A stretch of 63,939 nucleotides of DNA, the filler included. It is 5 parts of 5 records of this genome, joined end to end, with 100 filler letters (N's around TTAATTAATTAA, not from the genome) between each part and the next. Parts side by side here need not be neighbours in the genome. Positions count along the whole stretch, not along the records: positions 1 to 28,941 come from SRR33789315_1; 4 more parts are not named here. The stretch is one strand, 5' to 3'. The position numbers and the translations under genes are program-made. The notes beneath the pieces were generated by a model. It was given only the letters and a program-made list of their open reading frames with translations, made no database searches and was not told where the DNA came from. Shown piece by piece: positions 9,119 through 21,003 of this stretch. Each line of letters begins with the position of its first letter. Position 1 is the stretch's first letter.

Positions 9119-10669
9119 TTATCTAGGAGACATAATTACAAACGGTATAATCATTTCCTCAAGAGAAACACCACCATGTTGGTAGGTGTTTCGATAATAA
9201 CTCACATAGTAATTATAATTATTAGGGTAAGCAAAGAACATATCTCCTTTAGCAAAAATAAAAGAGCTACTCATATTAATAGTAGGTAGATGCATTTTTT
9301 TTGGATCTGTTGCTGCTACTACTTCTTTCTTTTCATATGTGAGACTTTTTCCGGTTTTATAGCGCAGATTAAGGCTTGTGTTTTTGTCCCCAATTACTTT
9401 TGAAGGATTTTTCACGTTGATGGTGCCGTGATCTGTAGTAAGAATTAACTTTAATCCTAATTGCTGTGCTTTTTGAATCATTTCTAACAAAGGCGAATTT
9501 TTAAACCAGCTTTCTGTAAGTGAGCGATACGATTTGTCATTAGATGCTAGCTCTTTAATAACCTCCATTTCTGTTTTAGAGTGACTAAGCATATCAACAA
9601 AATTATAAACAACTACGGTAAGGTCATTATTTTTAATTGAATTGAAATTGTCTACGAGTTTTTTTCCTCCTTTAAGACTGGTTATTTTATGATATTCCCA
9701 ATTGATGTTATTTAGACCTAAACGTCGAAGTTGTGTTTCTAGGAATTTATCTTCACTCATATTTTTACCACCTTCTTCTGTATCATTGAGCCATAAATCT
9801 GGATATCTTTTTTCCATATCACTAGGCATCATTCCAGAAAAGATTGCATTACGAGCATATTGTGTGGCGGTAGGTAAAATACTGCAATAGGTGTTTTCTT
9901 TTTCTTTTTTATAATAGTTGTTAATTATAGGTTCAAAGGCCTTCCATTGATCATATCTAAGATTATCTATTACGATAAATAGAACTGGTTCTTTTTCCTT
10001 TAAAACTGGAACAACCCATTCTCTAAATAGGGTATGAGACATAACGGGCTTCTCATCCTCCTCAAACCAATCTTCATAATTACGTTCTATGAACTTAGCA
10101 AATTGATTATTAGCCTCGCTTTTCTGAGATTCAAGAATCTCATGCATCCCTTGGTCTTCTATATTTTCTAGTTCTAGCTCCCAGTATACAAGACGCTTAT
10201 ATAAATCTGCCCATTCTTCATATGAATTTACGCCCCCTAAATCCATAGCAATTTTTCTAAATTCCTGTTGGTAATTAAGCGTTGTTTTTTCTGAAACTAA
10301 TCTGCTTGTATCCAGATGCTTCTTTAAGCTTAGCAATATTTGATTAGGATTAACAGGTTTTATTAGGTAATCTGTAATTTTTGAACCTATTGCTTCTTCC
10401 ATAATATATTCCTCTTCACTTTTGGTTATCATAATAACAGGAAGTGAATCGTTTATGGCTTTGATTTCAGAAAGTGTCTCTATGCCGGTTAAGCCAGGCA
10501 TATTTTCGTCAAGAAAAACTATATCAAAGTTGGTTTCTTTTACTAGTTCTATGGCTTCTGTACCACTCTTACACGTGGTGACTTCATAATTTTTCTTTTC
10601 TAAAAAAAGAATATGGGGTTTAAGCAGGTCTATTTCATCATCTGTCCATAGTATCTTTATTGTGCTCAT
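9119..10669 (-). CDS. porX: PorX-type response regulator (receiver + PglZ/alkaline phosphatase domain)
   Basis: WTDDE...FLDENMPG receiver; IDNLRYDQW, LPTATQYARN, TTDHG, HGGVSLEEM; next to tsaE as usual in Bacteroidota. Confidence 0.9.
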   Translation of the reverse strand: MSTIKILWTDDEIDLLKPHILFLEKKNYEVTTCKSGTEAIELVKETNFDIVFLDENMPGLTGIETLSEIKAINDSLPVIMITKSEEEYIMEEAIGSKITDYLIKPVNPNQILLSLKKHLDTSRLVSEKTTLNYQQEFRKIAMDLGGVNSYEEWADLYKRLVYWELELENIEDQGMHEILESQKSEANNQFAKFIERNYEDWFEEDEKPVMSHTLFREWVVPVLKEKEPVLFIVIDNLRYDQWKAFEPIINNYYKKEKENTYCSILPTATQYARNAIFSGMMPSDMEKRYPDLWLNDTEEGGKNMSEDKFLETQLRRLGLNNINWEYHKITSLKGGKKLVDNFNSIKNNDLTVVVYNFVDMLSHSKTEMEVIKELASNDKSYRSLTESWFKNSPLLEMIQKAQQLGLKLILTTDHGTINVKNPSKVIGDKNTSLNLRYKTGKSLTYEKKEVVAATDPKKMHLPTINMSSSFIFAKGDMFFAYPNNYNYYVSYYRNTYQHGGVSLEEMIIPFVIMSPR

Positions 10670-10722
10670 ATAGTATCTTTGTTTTGTGAAAATGCCTTTT
10701 TAGACTAAAAAGGATTCTTAAA

Positions 10723-11973
10723 ATGTTAAGGGTAAACTATTCCTTCTTGAAGAATAATAACAAAATTACAATTATAAACGACCCTATATATGGGTTTATT
10801 ACAATCCCTGCAGGTCTTGTTTTTAAACTAATTGAGGATAACTACTTTCAAAGGCTGCGTAGAATCTCGCAAATGGGATTGTCTTATCTGGTTTATCCAG
10901 GTGCACATCATACGCGTTTTCATCATGCCTTAGGTTGTATGCACATCATGCAAAAAGCATTAGAAAATCTTGAGCGTAAAGGTGTTTTGCTATCTGAAGA
11001 GGAAAAAGAAGCTACACAAATAGCTGTTTTATTACATGATATAGGGCACGGTCCTTTTTCACATGCGATGGAAAATAGTATTGTAGAAGGGGTACATCAT
11101 GAGTCCATTTCATTGATGTTTATGGAGGCTTTGAATCAGAAGTTTAACGGAAGATTAACATTAGCAATTTCCATCTTTAAAAATACGTATTCGCGTAAAT
11201 TTCTACATCAATTGGTGTCTAGTCAATTAGACATGGATCGCACAGATTATCTAAAAAGAGATAGCTTTTTTACAGGAATGGCAGAAGGTAACATTAACAC
11301 AGATCGCATAATTGCTATGCTCAATGTGAAAGATGATATGCTGGTTGTTGAGGAAAAGGGTATCTATACTATAGAAAAGTTTCTTGTCGCAAGAAGATTA
11401 ATGTACTGGCAAGTGTATTTGCACAAAACGAGTCTAACGGCAGAGCAATTATTAGTGCGTGTTTTAAAGCGAGCTAAAGAATTGGCCGAATTAGGTAATA
11501 CGCCTCCTGCGAGTAAAGCCTTGACCTACTTTTTAAATAATAAGGTGACTATAGAAAGTTTTGACCTTGAGGCATTGAACCTTTTTTCTAAACTAGATGA
11601 TTACGATATTATTTCAGCTATGAAAAGTTGGTGTAATAATGACGATTTTGTACTTAGTAAATTGTCTAAGATGATTATTAACAGAAAATTATTGAGAATT
11701 GTAATTAAGAAAAAGCCTTTTGAAGATGATTTTGTACAGCAAAAAATAAAGGACGTTGCTCAACAATATCAAATTGATGAAAAACTCGCCCATTACTTTG
11801 TCTTTACTGGAGATATAAGTAATCAGGCATACTCTACCGTAAATGGAATAAAAATCCTTTCTAAGAAGGGTAGAATTACAGATGTGGTTAATGCAAGTGA
11901 CCAATTAAGTTTAAAAGCACTATCTAAGGTTGTAAAGAAAAACTATATCTGTTATCCTAAACATTTAGATTGA
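10723..11973 (+). CDS. HD-domain phosphohydrolase (dNTPase-like)
   Basis: DPIYG, FQRLRRISQ, HTRFHH, LLHDIGHGPFSH, DMDRTDYL. Confidence 0.9.
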   Translation: MLRVNYSFLKNNNKITIINDPIYGFITIPAGLVFKLIEDNYFQRLRRISQMGLSYLVYPGAHHTRFHHALGCMHIMQKALENLERKGVLLSEEEKEATQIAVLLHDIGHGPFSHAMENSIVEGVHHESISLMFMEALNQKFNGRLTLAISIFKNTYSRKFLHQLVSSQLDMDRTDYLKRDSFFTGMAEGNINTDRIIAMLNVKDDMLVVEEKGIYTIEKFLVARRLMYWQVYLHKTSLTAEQLLVRVLKRAKELAELGNTPPASKALTYFLNNKVTIESFDLEALNLFSKLDDYDIISAMKSWCNNDDFVLSKLSKMIINRKLLRIVIKKKPFEDDFVQQKIKDVAQQYQIDEKLAHYFVFTGDISNQAYSTVNGIKILSKKGRITDVVNASDQLSLKALSKVVKKNYICYPKHLD

Positions 11974-11997
11974 CCCAATTTTTCTATTTTTGCACTC

Positions 11998-13023
11998 ATG
12001 AAATTTACAGCTGCACAAATTGCCGGAATCTTAGAAGGTGAAGTTGAGGGAAACTCAAACGCCGAGGTTTCCCAATTATCCAAAATTGAAGAAGGTATTA
12101 ATGGATCTATTACTTTTTTAGCAAATCCAAAATATACACCTTATATATATAGTACAAAAGCAACAATTACTATTGTATCAAAAACTTTTGTGGCAGAACA
12201 TCCTTTAACGACCACTCTAATTAGAGTAGAAGATGCTTATAAAGCATTTTCACAGTTATTGGCTTATTATAATCTTGCTAAGCAGAATAAAATAGGTATA
12301 GAAAGTCCATCCTATATAGCAAAATCAGCTACATATGGTGAGGAGATTTACCTTGGGGCTTTTGCTTACATTGGTGAAAATGTTAGAATAGGTAAGAATG
12401 TTAAGATTTATCCTAATGCATTTATAGGAGACAATGTAACCGTTGGCGATAACTGTGTATTATACGCAGGAGCCAAAGTACAATCTGATTGTGTTTTGGG
12501 TAATAATGTCTGCATACATAGTGGCGCTGTAATTGGCGCAGATGGTTTTGGATTTGTTCCTGACGAAAACGGAGTGTATAGTAAAGTACCACAAACCGGA
12601 AATGTAATTATTGAAGATGATGTAGATGTGGGAGCAGGAACAACAATAGATCGCGCAACTTTAGGATCTACAATTATTCGTCAAGGTGTGAAACTTGACA
12701 ATCAGATTCAAATTGCCCATAATGTTGAAATAGGAAAAAATACGGCTATAGCTGCTCAAACAGGCATTGCAGGATCTACCAAGATTGGCGAGAATTGCAT
12801 GATTGGAGGACAAGTAGGAATTGTTGGGCATCTCACTATAGGGAATAGAGTTAGAATCCAGGCGCAATCAGGAATTAGTAGAAATCTTAAGGATGATGAA
12901 GCCGTACAAGGGTCGCCAGCATTACCCTATGCAGATTATAATAAATCCTATGTTCATTTTAAGAACCTTCCATCACTTGTTACACGATTAAATAGTATCG
13001 AAAAAATTAAAACGCATGATTAG
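11998..13023 (+). CDS. lpxD: UDP-3-O-acyl-glucosamine N-acyltransferase
   Basis: Hexapeptide repeats, [25 protein letters not shown]. Confidence 0.95.
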   Translation: MKFTAAQIAGILEGEVEGNSNAEVSQLSKIEEGINGSITFLANPKYTPYIYSTKATITIVSKTFVAEHPLTTTLIRVEDAYKAFSQLLAYYNLAKQNKIGIESPSYIAKSATYGEEIYLGAFAYIGENVRIGKNVKIYPNAFIGDNVTVGDNCVLYAGAKVQSDCVLGNNVCIHSGAVIGADGFGFVPDENGVYSKVPQTGNVIIEDDVDVGAGTTIDRATLGSTIIRQGVKLDNQIQIAHNVEIGKNTAIAAQTGIAGSTKIGENCMIGGQVGIVGHLTIGNRVRIQAQSGISRNLKDDEAVQGSPALPYADYNKSYVHFKNLPSLVTRLNSIEKIKTHD

Positions 13024-14425
13024 TAAATGCAAGGTGAGACAGAAAACCATTGCTGCCGAAATAGCATTAACTGGAGTAGGTCTTCATACAGGTGAAAAAG
13101 TCACACTACACTTTAAGCCAGCAAAAGAAAATTCTGGATACTGTTTTAAACGCGTAGATCTTGAAGGTCAGCCTGTTATAGAAGCTAATGCAGATTATGT
13201 AGTAAATACACAGCGAGGAACAAATCTGGAAAAACATGGCGTTTCTATCCATACAAGTGAACATGTATTAGCAGCTTGTGTAGGATTAGGAATAGACAAT
13301 ATCTTAATAGAAATAGATGCTTCAGAACCTCCTATTATGGATGGTTCTTCAAAATATTTTGTTGAAGCGTTAGAGAAAGTAGGGGTTATAGAACAAGAGG
13401 TTTGCAGAGAAGAATATGTAGTTACAGAGGTTATCAGCTATACAGATGAAGCTTCAGGAAGTGAAATACTCATCATGCCTGCAGATAACTATCAGGTAAC
13501 TACTATGGTAGATTTTGGAACCAAAGTTTTAGGTACACAAAACGCCAGCATTAAATCTATTTCAGAATTTAAAGAAGAAATAGCAGATGCCAGAACCTTT
13601 AGTTTTCTTCACGAAATAGAAATGCTTTTAGAACATGGTCTTATAAAAGGTGGTGATCTTAATAATGCAATCGTTTATGTAGATAAAGAACTTTCTGAAG
13701 ATACTATGGTTAAGCTACGCAAGGCTTTCAAGAAAGATAGTATAAGTGTAAAACCCAATGGGATTTTAGATAACCTTACGTTGCATCATGCTAATGAAGC
13801 AGCAAGACATAAATTGCTGGATGTTATTGGTGATTTAGCACTTGTTGGGATGCCTATTCGAGGGAAAGTAATTGCAAATAAACCAGGTCATTTTGTAAAC
13901 ACACAATTTGCTAAAAAGCTTAAAAAAATAATAAAGCTAGAGAAGCGTAATAATATTCCTGTTTTTGATATTTATAAAACTCCGGTAAAAGACATCAATG
14001 CAATAATGGAAATGCTACCACACAGGCCACCATTTCTTTTAGTTGATAAGATTCTTGAGCTTTCAGAAAGTCACGTAGTAGGTTTGAAAAATGTTACTAT
14101 GAGTGAGCCTTATTTTGTAGGGCATTTTCCTGGAGCACCCGTTATGCCGGGCGTACTTCAAGTGGAAGCCATGGCACAAACGGGAGGTATATTAGTCTTA
14201 AGTACAGTACCAGACCCAGAAAATTATCTTACGTATTTCATAAAAATAGATAACGTTCGTTTTAAACAACAAGTATTGCCAGGCGATACGCTTGTATTTA
14301 AGTTAGAATTGCTGTCGCCCATTCGCCGAGGAATTTGTCATATGCAAGGATACGCTTATGCAAACGGCAAATTAACTACCGAGGCAGAGCTGATGGCTCA
14401 AATAGTCAAGGTTAAAAATAATTAG
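13016..14425 (+). CDS. lpxC: Bifunctional LpxC/FabZ
   Basis: GVGLHTG, TSEH, HKLLD (LpxC); [23 protein letters not shown] (FabZ). Confidence 0.95.
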   Translation: MISKCKVRQKTIAAEIALTGVGLHTGEKVTLHFKPAKENSGYCFKRVDLEGQPVIEANADYVVNTQRGTNLEKHGVSIHTSEHVLAACVGLGIDNILIEIDASEPPIMDGSSKYFVEALEKVGVIEQEVCREEYVVTEVISYTDEASGSEILIMPADNYQVTTMVDFGTKVLGTQNASIKSISEFKEEIADARTFSFLHEIEMLLEHGLIKGGDLNNAIVYVDKELSEDTMVKLRKAFKKDSISVKPNGILDNLTLHHANEAARHKLLDVIGDLALVGMPIRGKVIANKPGHFVNTQFAKKLKKIIKLEKRNNIPVFDIYKTPVKDINAIMEMLPHRPPFLLVDKILELSESHVVGLKNVTMSEPYFVGHFPGAPVMPGVLQVEAMAQTGGILVLSTVPDPENYLTYFIKIDNVRFKQQVLPGDTLVFKLELLSPIRRGICHMQGYAYANGKLTTEAELMAQIVKVKNN

Positions 14426-14428
14426 AGT

Positions 14429-15214
14429 ATGAATCAACCATTGGCTTATGTGCATCCAGGTGCTAAAATCGCTAAAAATGTGGTTATAGAACCTTTCACA
14501 ACCATTCACAATGATGTGGTGATAGGAGAAGGTAGTTGGATAGGAAGTAACGTCACCATTATGGAAGGCGCAAGAATTGGGAAAAATGTGAGTATTTTTC
14601 CTGGAGCTGTCATTTCGGCGGTACCTCAAGATATGAAATTTAACGACGAGGATACCGTTACCATTATAGGCGACAATACCACTATTAGAGAGTGTGTGAC
14701 GATCAATAGAGGTACTGCAGATAAGATGAAAACCCAGCTGGGTAAAAACTGCTGGATTATGGCCTATTGCCATATTGCCCACGATTGCATTGTAGGTGAT
14801 AATTGTATCTTTTCAAATAATAGTACCCTTGCCGGGCATATTACAGTAGGAGATCACGTGGTTTTAGCGGGGATGTCTGCTATACAGCAATTTTGTACCG
14901 TAGGTCAACATGCATTTGTTACTGGTGGTTCTTTAGTACGTAAAGATATTCCACCTTATGTGAAGGCAGGACGCGAGCCACTATCCTATGTTGGAATAAA
15001 TAGTATAGGTTTGCGTAGAAGAGGATATACAACAGAAAAAATTAGAGAAATACAGAATATTTATAGAATTCTGTACCAAAAAAATTATAATAATACGCAA
15101 GCTGCAGAGATAATTGAAGCTGAAATGGAAGCAACACCAGAACGTGATGAAATCCTTCAGTTTATTAAAAATTCGCAGCGTGGAATAATGAAAGGTTACT
15201 TTTCAACAAATTAA
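14429..15214 (+). CDS. lpxA: UDP-N-acetylglucosamine O-acyltransferase
   Basis: PQDMK, IRECVTINRGT, HIAHDC, GLRRRG. Confidence 0.96.
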   Translation: MNQPLAYVHPGAKIAKNVVIEPFTTIHNDVVIGEGSWIGSNVTIMEGARIGKNVSIFPGAVISAVPQDMKFNDEDTVTIIGDNTTIRECVTINRGTADKMKTQLGKNCWIMAYCHIAHDCIVGDNCIFSNNSTLAGHITVGDHVVLAGMSAIQQFCTVGQHAFVTGGSLVRKDIPPYVKAGREPLSYVGINSIGLRRRGYTTEKIREIQNIYRILYQKNYNNTQAAEIIEAEMEATPERDEILQFIKNSQRGIMKGYFSTN

Positions 15215-15219
15215 TATTT

Positions 15220-15786
15220 ATGGCAAATACTTCAGATATAAGAAACGGAATGTGCATTAAGTACAACCATGATATCTATAAAATTATTGAATTTCTTCAT
15301 GTAAAGCCGGGTAAAGGGCCAGCTTTCGTTAGAACAAAATTAAAAAGCGTTACAAACGGAAAAGTTTTAGATAATACCTTTTCCGCAGGACATAAAATAG
15401 AAGATGTACGTGTTGAAACACGTGGTTACCAATTCTTGTATCACGATGGTGAATGGTATCACTTCATGAATACAGATGATTATACCCAAATACGTCTTTT
15501 AGAAGCAGCTCTAGATCAACCTGGTTTATTAAAAGAAGGCGAGATAGTTTCTATTTCAATCAATACAGAAGACGATATGCCACTTTCGGTAGATATGCCA
15601 GCTCATGTTGTCTTGACTATTACACATACAGAGCCTGGTTTAAAAGGAAATACAGCAACTAATGCCACAAAACCAGCTATCGTAGAAAGTGGGGCAGAAG
15701 TACAAGTTCCTTTATTTATTAATGAAGGTGATAAAATTAAGGTCGAAACAGATAAAGGTACCTACAAAGAGCGTATCAAAGAATAA
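15220..15786 (+). CDS. efp: Elongation factor P
   Basis: HVKPGKGPAFVR loop, KGNTA, VPLFINEG. Confidence 0.97.
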   Translation: MANTSDIRNGMCIKYNHDIYKIIEFLHVKPGKGPAFVRTKLKSVTNGKVLDNTFSAGHKIEDVRVETRGYQFLYHDGEWYHFMNTDDYTQIRLLEAALDQPGLLKEGEIVSISINTEDDMPLSVDMPAHVVLTITHTEPGLKGNTATNATKPAIVESGAEVQVPLFINEGDKIKVETDKGTYKERIKE

Positions 15787-15788
15787 TT

Positions 15789-16721
15789 TTGAAATTTCCC
15801 CAAGTACATACCTTAAAGCAAATCGCCACGATACTCTCCTGTGAGTATGTAGGTGATGAAGACTTTCCTATTTTTGGGATGAATGAGATTCATGTGGTAG
15901 AGCCTGGCGATATCGTGTTTGTAGATCATCCCAAGTATTATGATAAAGCCCTCAATTCGGCAGCTACTATTGTTCTTATTAATAAAGAAGTAGCATGTTC
16001 AGAAAATAAGGCGTTACTAATTTCTGATGATCCTTTCAGAGATTTTAATAAGCTAACCGAATATTTTAAACCTTTTCAGAAGGCTCCTAAAAGAATTTCT
16101 GAAACTGCAAGTATTGGAGAAGGCACTATTATTCAACCCAATGTATTTTTAGGAAATAACGTAAAAATCGGGGATAACTGTATTATTCATAGTAATGTAA
16201 GTATTTATGATAATACGGTTATAGGTGACAATGTAACCATACACGCAGGAACCGTATTAGGAGCAGATGCATTTTATTACAAAAAAAGACCAAGTGGTTT
16301 TGATAAATTAATTTCTGGTGGAAGGGTTATAATTGAAGACCATGTAGATATTGGCGCATTATGTACCATAGATAAAGGAGTTTCTGGCGATACAACTATA
16401 GGGGCAGGATCAAAGTTAGATAATCAGGTACATGTAGGACACGATGTTATTATAGGAAAAAAAGTACTTATTGCTTCTCAGACTGGAATTGCAGGTTGTG
16501 TAGTTATTGAAGATGAGGTAACCATATGGGGACAAGTAGGTATAATTAGCGGTATTACTATTGGTAAAGGTGCTGTAATTTATGCACAGAGTGGTATAGG
16601 TAATTCTTTAGATGCAGGAAAAACATATTTAGGATCCCCTGCTGGAGAATACAGAAGTAAATTTAGAGAATTAGCAGCCCTAAAGAAGCTGCCATTTATC
16701 ATAAACAAATTAAACTCTTAA
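15789..16721 (+). CDS. Second LpxD-like acyltransferase
   Basis: LpxD N-domain plus hexapeptide repeats, TIDKG, KLDNQVHVGHD; TTG start. Confidence 0.85.
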   Translation: MKFPQVHTLKQIATILSCEYVGDEDFPIFGMNEIHVVEPGDIVFVDHPKYYDKALNSAATIVLINKEVACSENKALLISDDPFRDFNKLTEYFKPFQKAPKRISETASIGEGTIIQPNVFLGNNVKIGDNCIIHSNVSIYDNTVIGDNVTIHAGTVLGADAFYYKKRPSGFDKLISGGRVIIEDHVDIGALCTIDKGVSGDTTIGAGSKLDNQVHVGHDVIIGKKVLIASQTGIAGCVVIEDEVTIWGQVGIISGITIGKGAVIYAQSGIGNSLDAGKTYLGSPAGEYRSKFRELAALKKLPFIINKLNS

Positions 16722-16722
16722 T

Positions 16723-17133
16723 ATGAACATCTCAGGCAAAGAACTTGTACGTGGTTTGTATGAATCAGATTTTTTGAATGACGTTAGTATTCTATCAGAG
16801 TATTTGCACCCACAAGCAGAGCTTAATTGGAATGCGTCTACTGGTTTTTCTAAGATGAATTATGCCGATATTGCTTCTATGACCGAAGAAATGGGAAAAT
16901 CATTCATTTCGCTGCGACCATCCATATCACATGTATTAGAAGAAAATGGGTTAGTAAGTATCAGATTGACCTATTATATGCAAACGATAGAGAATCCATT
17001 TGAGGATGTAGCAATCATTCATTTTTTAGCCATTTGGGAACTTAAAGACGGTAAACTTTATAAAGGATATCAAATGAGTTTGCCTAGTGATGAAGACCCA
17101 TCAAATGTTGATGCATATATTCGGATAAAGTAG
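16723..17133 (+). CDS. NTF2/SnoaL-like protein
   Basis: Size and pattern (YLHP...W...IWELKDGKL). Confidence 0.65.
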   Translation: MNISGKELVRGLYESDFLNDVSILSEYLHPQAELNWNASTGFSKMNYADIASMTEEMGKSFISLRPSISHVLEENGLVSIRLTYYMQTIENPFEDVAIIHFLAIWELKDGKLYKGYQMSLPSDEDPSNVDAYIRIK

Positions 17134-17194
17134 GGATAAAGCTTTCGCTTTCTATCTATAAAATCTATTTTTGTGACACTTAAATAAAAAATTA

Positions 17195-18073
17195 ATGAGC
17201 GTTTTAGTTAATAAAGATTCCAAAATCATCGTACAAGGCTTCACAGGTAGTGAAGGAACATTTCACGCAGGTCAAATGATCGAGTATGGTACAAACGTAG
17301 TAGGTGGTGTAACTCCAGGAAAAGGAGGGCAAACTCACTTAGACAAACCCGTTTTTAATACTGTTTCAGAAGCAGTAGAAAAAACAGGAGCAGATGTGTC
17401 TATTCTTTTTGTACCGCCAGCTTTTGCTGCAGATGCTATTATGGAAGCTGCAAATGCGGGTATCAAAGTAATTATCACGATTACAGAAGGAATCCCAGTT
17501 GCAGATATGATTAAAGCTGCAGATTATGTAAAAGATTTAGATTGTAGACTTATTGGCCCTAACTGTCCTGGTGTAATTACTCCAGGAGAAGCAAAAGTGG
17601 GTATTATGCCTGGGTTTGTATTCAAAAAAGGTAAAGTAGGTATTGTTTCAAAATCAGGAACACTTACTTATGAGGCTGCAGACCAAGTTGTAAAACAAGG
17701 TTTAGGTATTACTACAGCCATTGGTATTGGTGGTGATCCCATTATTGGAACTACTACTAAAGAAGCAGTTGAATTGTTAATCAACGATCCAGAAACCGAA
17801 TGTGTGGTTATGATTGGAGAAATAGGTGGACATTTAGAAGCAGATGCTGCGCGTTGGGTTAAAGCTAGCGGAACAAAAAAACCGGTTATTGGTTTTATCG
17901 CTGGTGAGACTGCTCCTGCAGGAAGAACAATGGGACACGCTGGTGCAATTGTAGGTGGTAGTGATGATACCGCTCAAGCTAAAAAAGCAATATTAAGAGA
18001 ATGTGGGATTCACGTAGTAGATTCTCCAGCAGAAATCGGTTTAAAAGTGGCCGAAGTTCTAGCAGCATTATAG
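17195..18073 (+). CDS. sucD: Succinyl-CoA synthetase alpha subunit
   Basis: [26 protein letters not shown]. Confidence 0.97.
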   Translation: MSVLVNKDSKIIVQGFTGSEGTFHAGQMIEYGTNVVGGVTPGKGGQTHLDKPVFNTVSEAVEKTGADVSILFVPPAFAADAIMEAANAGIKVIITITEGIPVADMIKAADYVKDLDCRLIGPNCPGVITPGEAKVGIMPGFVFKKGKVGIVSKSGTLTYEAADQVVKQGLGITTAIGIGGDPIIGTTTKEAVELLINDPETECVVMIGEIGGHLEADAARWVKASGTKKPVIGFIAGETAPAGRTMGHAGAIVGGSDDTAQAKKAILRECGIHVVDSPAEIGLKVAEVLAAL

Positions 18074-18090
18074 ATTTTCTCATACATATA

Positions 18091-18121
18091 AAATAAAGCG
18101 GATAATCTATCCGCTTTATTT
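18091..18121 (+). terminator. Intrinsic terminator after sucD
   Basis: AAATAAAGCGGATA-ATC-TATCCGCTTTATTT. Confidence 0.8.
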
Positions 18122-18205
18122 GTCTAATACAAATAAGTAAATAAACCTCTTTCTTACAGATTCCTGTTTTTAAGAGGCTCAAGTACAACCTGATATTATT
18201 CAGTT

Positions 18206-18952
18206 ATGAAATTACTAGAAGGAAAAAATGCAATTATCACCGGAGCAAGCCGCGGAATAGGCAGAGGTATCGCTCAAGTCTTTGCCCAACAAGGGGCTAA
18301 TGTAGCTTTTACCTATAGTTCTTCTGAAGGTCCTGCAAAGGAATTAGAAGGAGAATTAATAGCTATGGGTGTAAAAGCTAAAGCATATAAATCTAACGCT
18401 GCTTCTTTTGAAGAGGCACAAGAATTAATCAAAGCTATTTCAGCAGATTTTGACAGTATAGATGTGTTGATTAACAATGCAGGAATTACAAAAGATAATC
18501 TGTTGATGCGTATGAGCGAAGCAGATTTTGATCACGTCATCAACGTGAATTTGAAGTCTATTTTTAATATGACAAAAGCCGTACAACGTACAATGCTTAA
18601 ACAACGCAGCGGTAGTATTATCAATATGAGTTCTGTTGTAGGAGTAAAAGGAAATGCAGGTCAGGCTAATTATGCGGCTTCAAAAGCAGGAATAATTGGT
18701 TTTTCAAAATCTATGGCGCTAGAATTAGGTTCTAGAAACATACGTACCAATGTGGTAGCTCCTGGTTTTATTGAAACCGAAATGACTGCAAAATTGGATG
18801 AAAAAACCGTTGCAGGTTGGCGTGAAGCTATTCCTCTAAAACGAGGCGGAAGTCCTGAAGATATCGCCAATGCATGTGTTTTCTTAGCGAGTGATATGAG
18901 TACTTATATCACTGGTCAAGTATTGCAAGTTGATGGCGGGATGTTGACCTAA
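18206..18952 (+). CDS. fabG: 3-oxoacyl-ACP reductase
   Basis: TGASRGIG, NNAGITKD, NYAASK, PGFIETEMT. Confidence 0.95.
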   Translation: MKLLEGKNAIITGASRGIGRGIAQVFAQQGANVAFTYSSSEGPAKELEGELIAMGVKAKAYKSNAASFEEAQELIKAISADFDSIDVLINNAGITKDNLLMRMSEADFDHVINVNLKSIFNMTKAVQRTMLKQRSGSIINMSSVVGVKGNAGQANYAASKAGIIGFSKSMALELGSRNIRTNVVAPGFIETEMTAKLDEKTVAGWREAIPLKRGGSPEDIANACVFLASDMSTYITGQVLQVDGGMLT

Positions 18953-18960
18953 TTATAATT

Positions 18961-20988
18961 ATGGCGGTACCACAGCTAGTCTATATTATCCTAGCCGCAA
19001 TGCTTGCATTGGGCGTGTCGCTTTTTCAATATGCCTATAAAAAAAAAGGAAGTAAGCGCTTACGACTCTTGTTGGGAGCGCTTCGGTTTTTAAGCCTTCT
19101 TGGTTTATTACTTCTACTCCTAAACCCCAAAATAAAAAATACCACCTACATTACGGTTAAACCCGTTTTAGCTTTAGCCATAGATAATTCAGAATCTATA
19201 AGATACTTAGGTGCAGAGTCTACAGTGCAAGAAAGTGTATCTCGCTTTCGCGAAAGCAAAGCCCTTAACGACCGCTTTGATATAGATTATTATACTTTCG
19301 GTTCTGAAATACAAGCTTTAGACTCACTTTCCTTTTCCGAAAAACAATCAGATATAGCAAAACCCATCCGTCAATTTGAAGAAATCTATCGAGGTTCAAC
19401 GTATGTCCCTATTCTAATTACAGATGGTAATGCGACTTTAGGTGAAGACTACGGCTATAGTTCACGCGCTTCTGGATTGCCTTTTTATGCTTTGGCTGCG
19501 GGAGATACAATAGCTTATGATGACATTCAAATAAACCGAGTAAATGTTAATCGCTATGCTTATTTAAATAATACGTTTCCCGTTGAGGTATTTGCGCAAT
19601 ATTCGGGCAAGAATCAAGTAGACACAAAACTTGAAGTCCTAGATGGAGATCGTGTTGTGTATAGCAAACCAGTGACTTTTGATGCTGATAATACTTCGGT
19701 AATGCTCCAACTTTATTTACCTGCAAATAGGATAGGAGTTAGGCAATATGATGTGCGGTTACTTCCTATAACAGCCGAAAAAAATACAGTTAATAACACT
19801 AAAAGGTTTGCTGTTGAAGTGATCGATCAGAAAACTAAAATTTTATTGGTTTATGCTGTGATGCATCCTGATTTAGGTGCTTTAAAAAAAGCAATAGAGT
19901 CAAATAGGTTACGAGAAGTAACCTTGGCGAGTGTTTCAGAAATCCCTACAACGGTAAATAACTATGATTTAGTTATTCTCTATGAGCCGCAAGCCTCATT
20001 TGCTAAATTGTATGAGCAGATGAATAAGTTGAAGAAAAATAGATTTACCATACTTGGACCAAATTCTGACCTCTCATTTTTTAACCAAATTCAAACCAGT
20101 ATTAAAAAGGAAAATTTAGGGCAAATAGATGAAAGTCAAGGGTATTTAAACTCCAATTTTTCAAGATTTCAACTGTCTGATATTGAATTTGAAGACTTTC
20201 CGCCTCTTACAACTCCTTTTGGAAACACCCAATTAAAGGGCGATTTTGAGTCCGTTTTATTTCAAGAAATAAGCGGTTTAAAAACTGAAAACCCACTATT
20301 GATAGTAGGAGAAGGAGAACAAGGTAAAGAAGTTGTATTACTAGGCTCTGGTATATGGAAATGGCGTGCAGCGAGTTATGTTAAAACCCGCTCTTTTGAG
20401 ACTTTCGATGGGTTTATAGAAAAGCTAATACAATATAGTGCTTCAAATAAGCGTAGAGAACGGTTAACCTTACAATACGACTCGTTTTACTACGGCGGAA
20501 ATGATATTAGAATAAGTGCGCAGTATTTTGATGAGAATTATATTTTTAATCCGGATGAGCAGTTAGAAGTAATTTTCACTAAGAAAGAAAATGATTCTAC
20601 CTTTCAAACGACGATGGTTTTACGAAATAATGAGTTTGTTGCTAATTTAGACAATCTTACAGCGGGAGAATATACCTTCTCGGTCAAAGGAGGTGCACTT
20701 ACAAAAAGCGGAAGCTTTGCAGTCATTCCTTTTGCTATCGAAAAACAACAGGTAAATGCCAATTATGATAAGCTAAAAAACCTAGCGCAAGAAACAGAAG
20801 GTCAAGTTTTTAGTGTATCAAATACAGCGCAGATGATCCAGTCGCTTACTGCAAATCCTATATATACTCCAGTACAAAAAAAGGTAGAAAAGACGGTTCC
20901 TTTGATAGATTTTCGTTTTATCCTTTTTATTATAATATCTTCGCTTGCAATAGAATGGTTTGTTAGAAAATATAACGGACTTATATAA
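18961..20988 (+). CDS. Membrane-anchored vWA-domain protein
   Basis: N-terminal TMs, DNSES MIDAS-like motif, ITDG, C-terminal EWFVRK tail. Confidence 0.75.
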   Translation: MAVPQLVYIILAAMLALGVSLFQYAYKKKGSKRLRLLLGALRFLSLLGLLLLLLNPKIKNTTYITVKPVLALAIDNSESIRYLGAESTVQESVSRFRESKALNDRFDIDYYTFGSEIQALDSLSFSEKQSDIAKPIRQFEEIYRGSTYVPILITDGNATLGEDYGYSSRASGLPFYALAAGDTIAYDDIQINRVNVNRYAYLNNTFPVEVFAQYSGKNQVDTKLEVLDGDRVVYSKPVTFDADNTSVMLQLYLPANRIGVRQYDVRLLPITAEKNTVNNTKRFAVEVIDQKTKILLVYAVMHPDLGALKKAIESNRLREVTLASVSEIPTTVNNYDLVILYEPQASFAKLYEQMNKLKKNRFTILGPNSDLSFFNQIQTSIKKENLGQIDESQGYLNSNFSRFQLSDIEFEDFPPLTTPFGNTQLKGDFESVLFQEISGLKTENPLLIVGEGEQGKEVVLLGSGIWKWRAASYVKTRSFETFDGFIEKLIQYSASNKRRERLTLQYDSFYYGGNDIRISAQYFDENYIFNPDEQLEVIFTKKENDSTFQTTMVLRNNEFVANLDNLTAGEYTFSVKGGALTKSGSFAVIPFAIEKQQVNANYDKLKNLAQETEGQVFSVSNTAQMIQSLTANPIYTPVQKKVEKTVPLIDFRFILFIIISSLAIEWFVRKYNGLI

Positions 20989-21003
20989 ATCAAATTAATT
21001 AAA

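Noticed and set aside
11998-16721. Two LpxD-like genes and the LpxC-FabZ fusion
   Set aside because: Usual arrangement in Flavobacteriaceae, not novel
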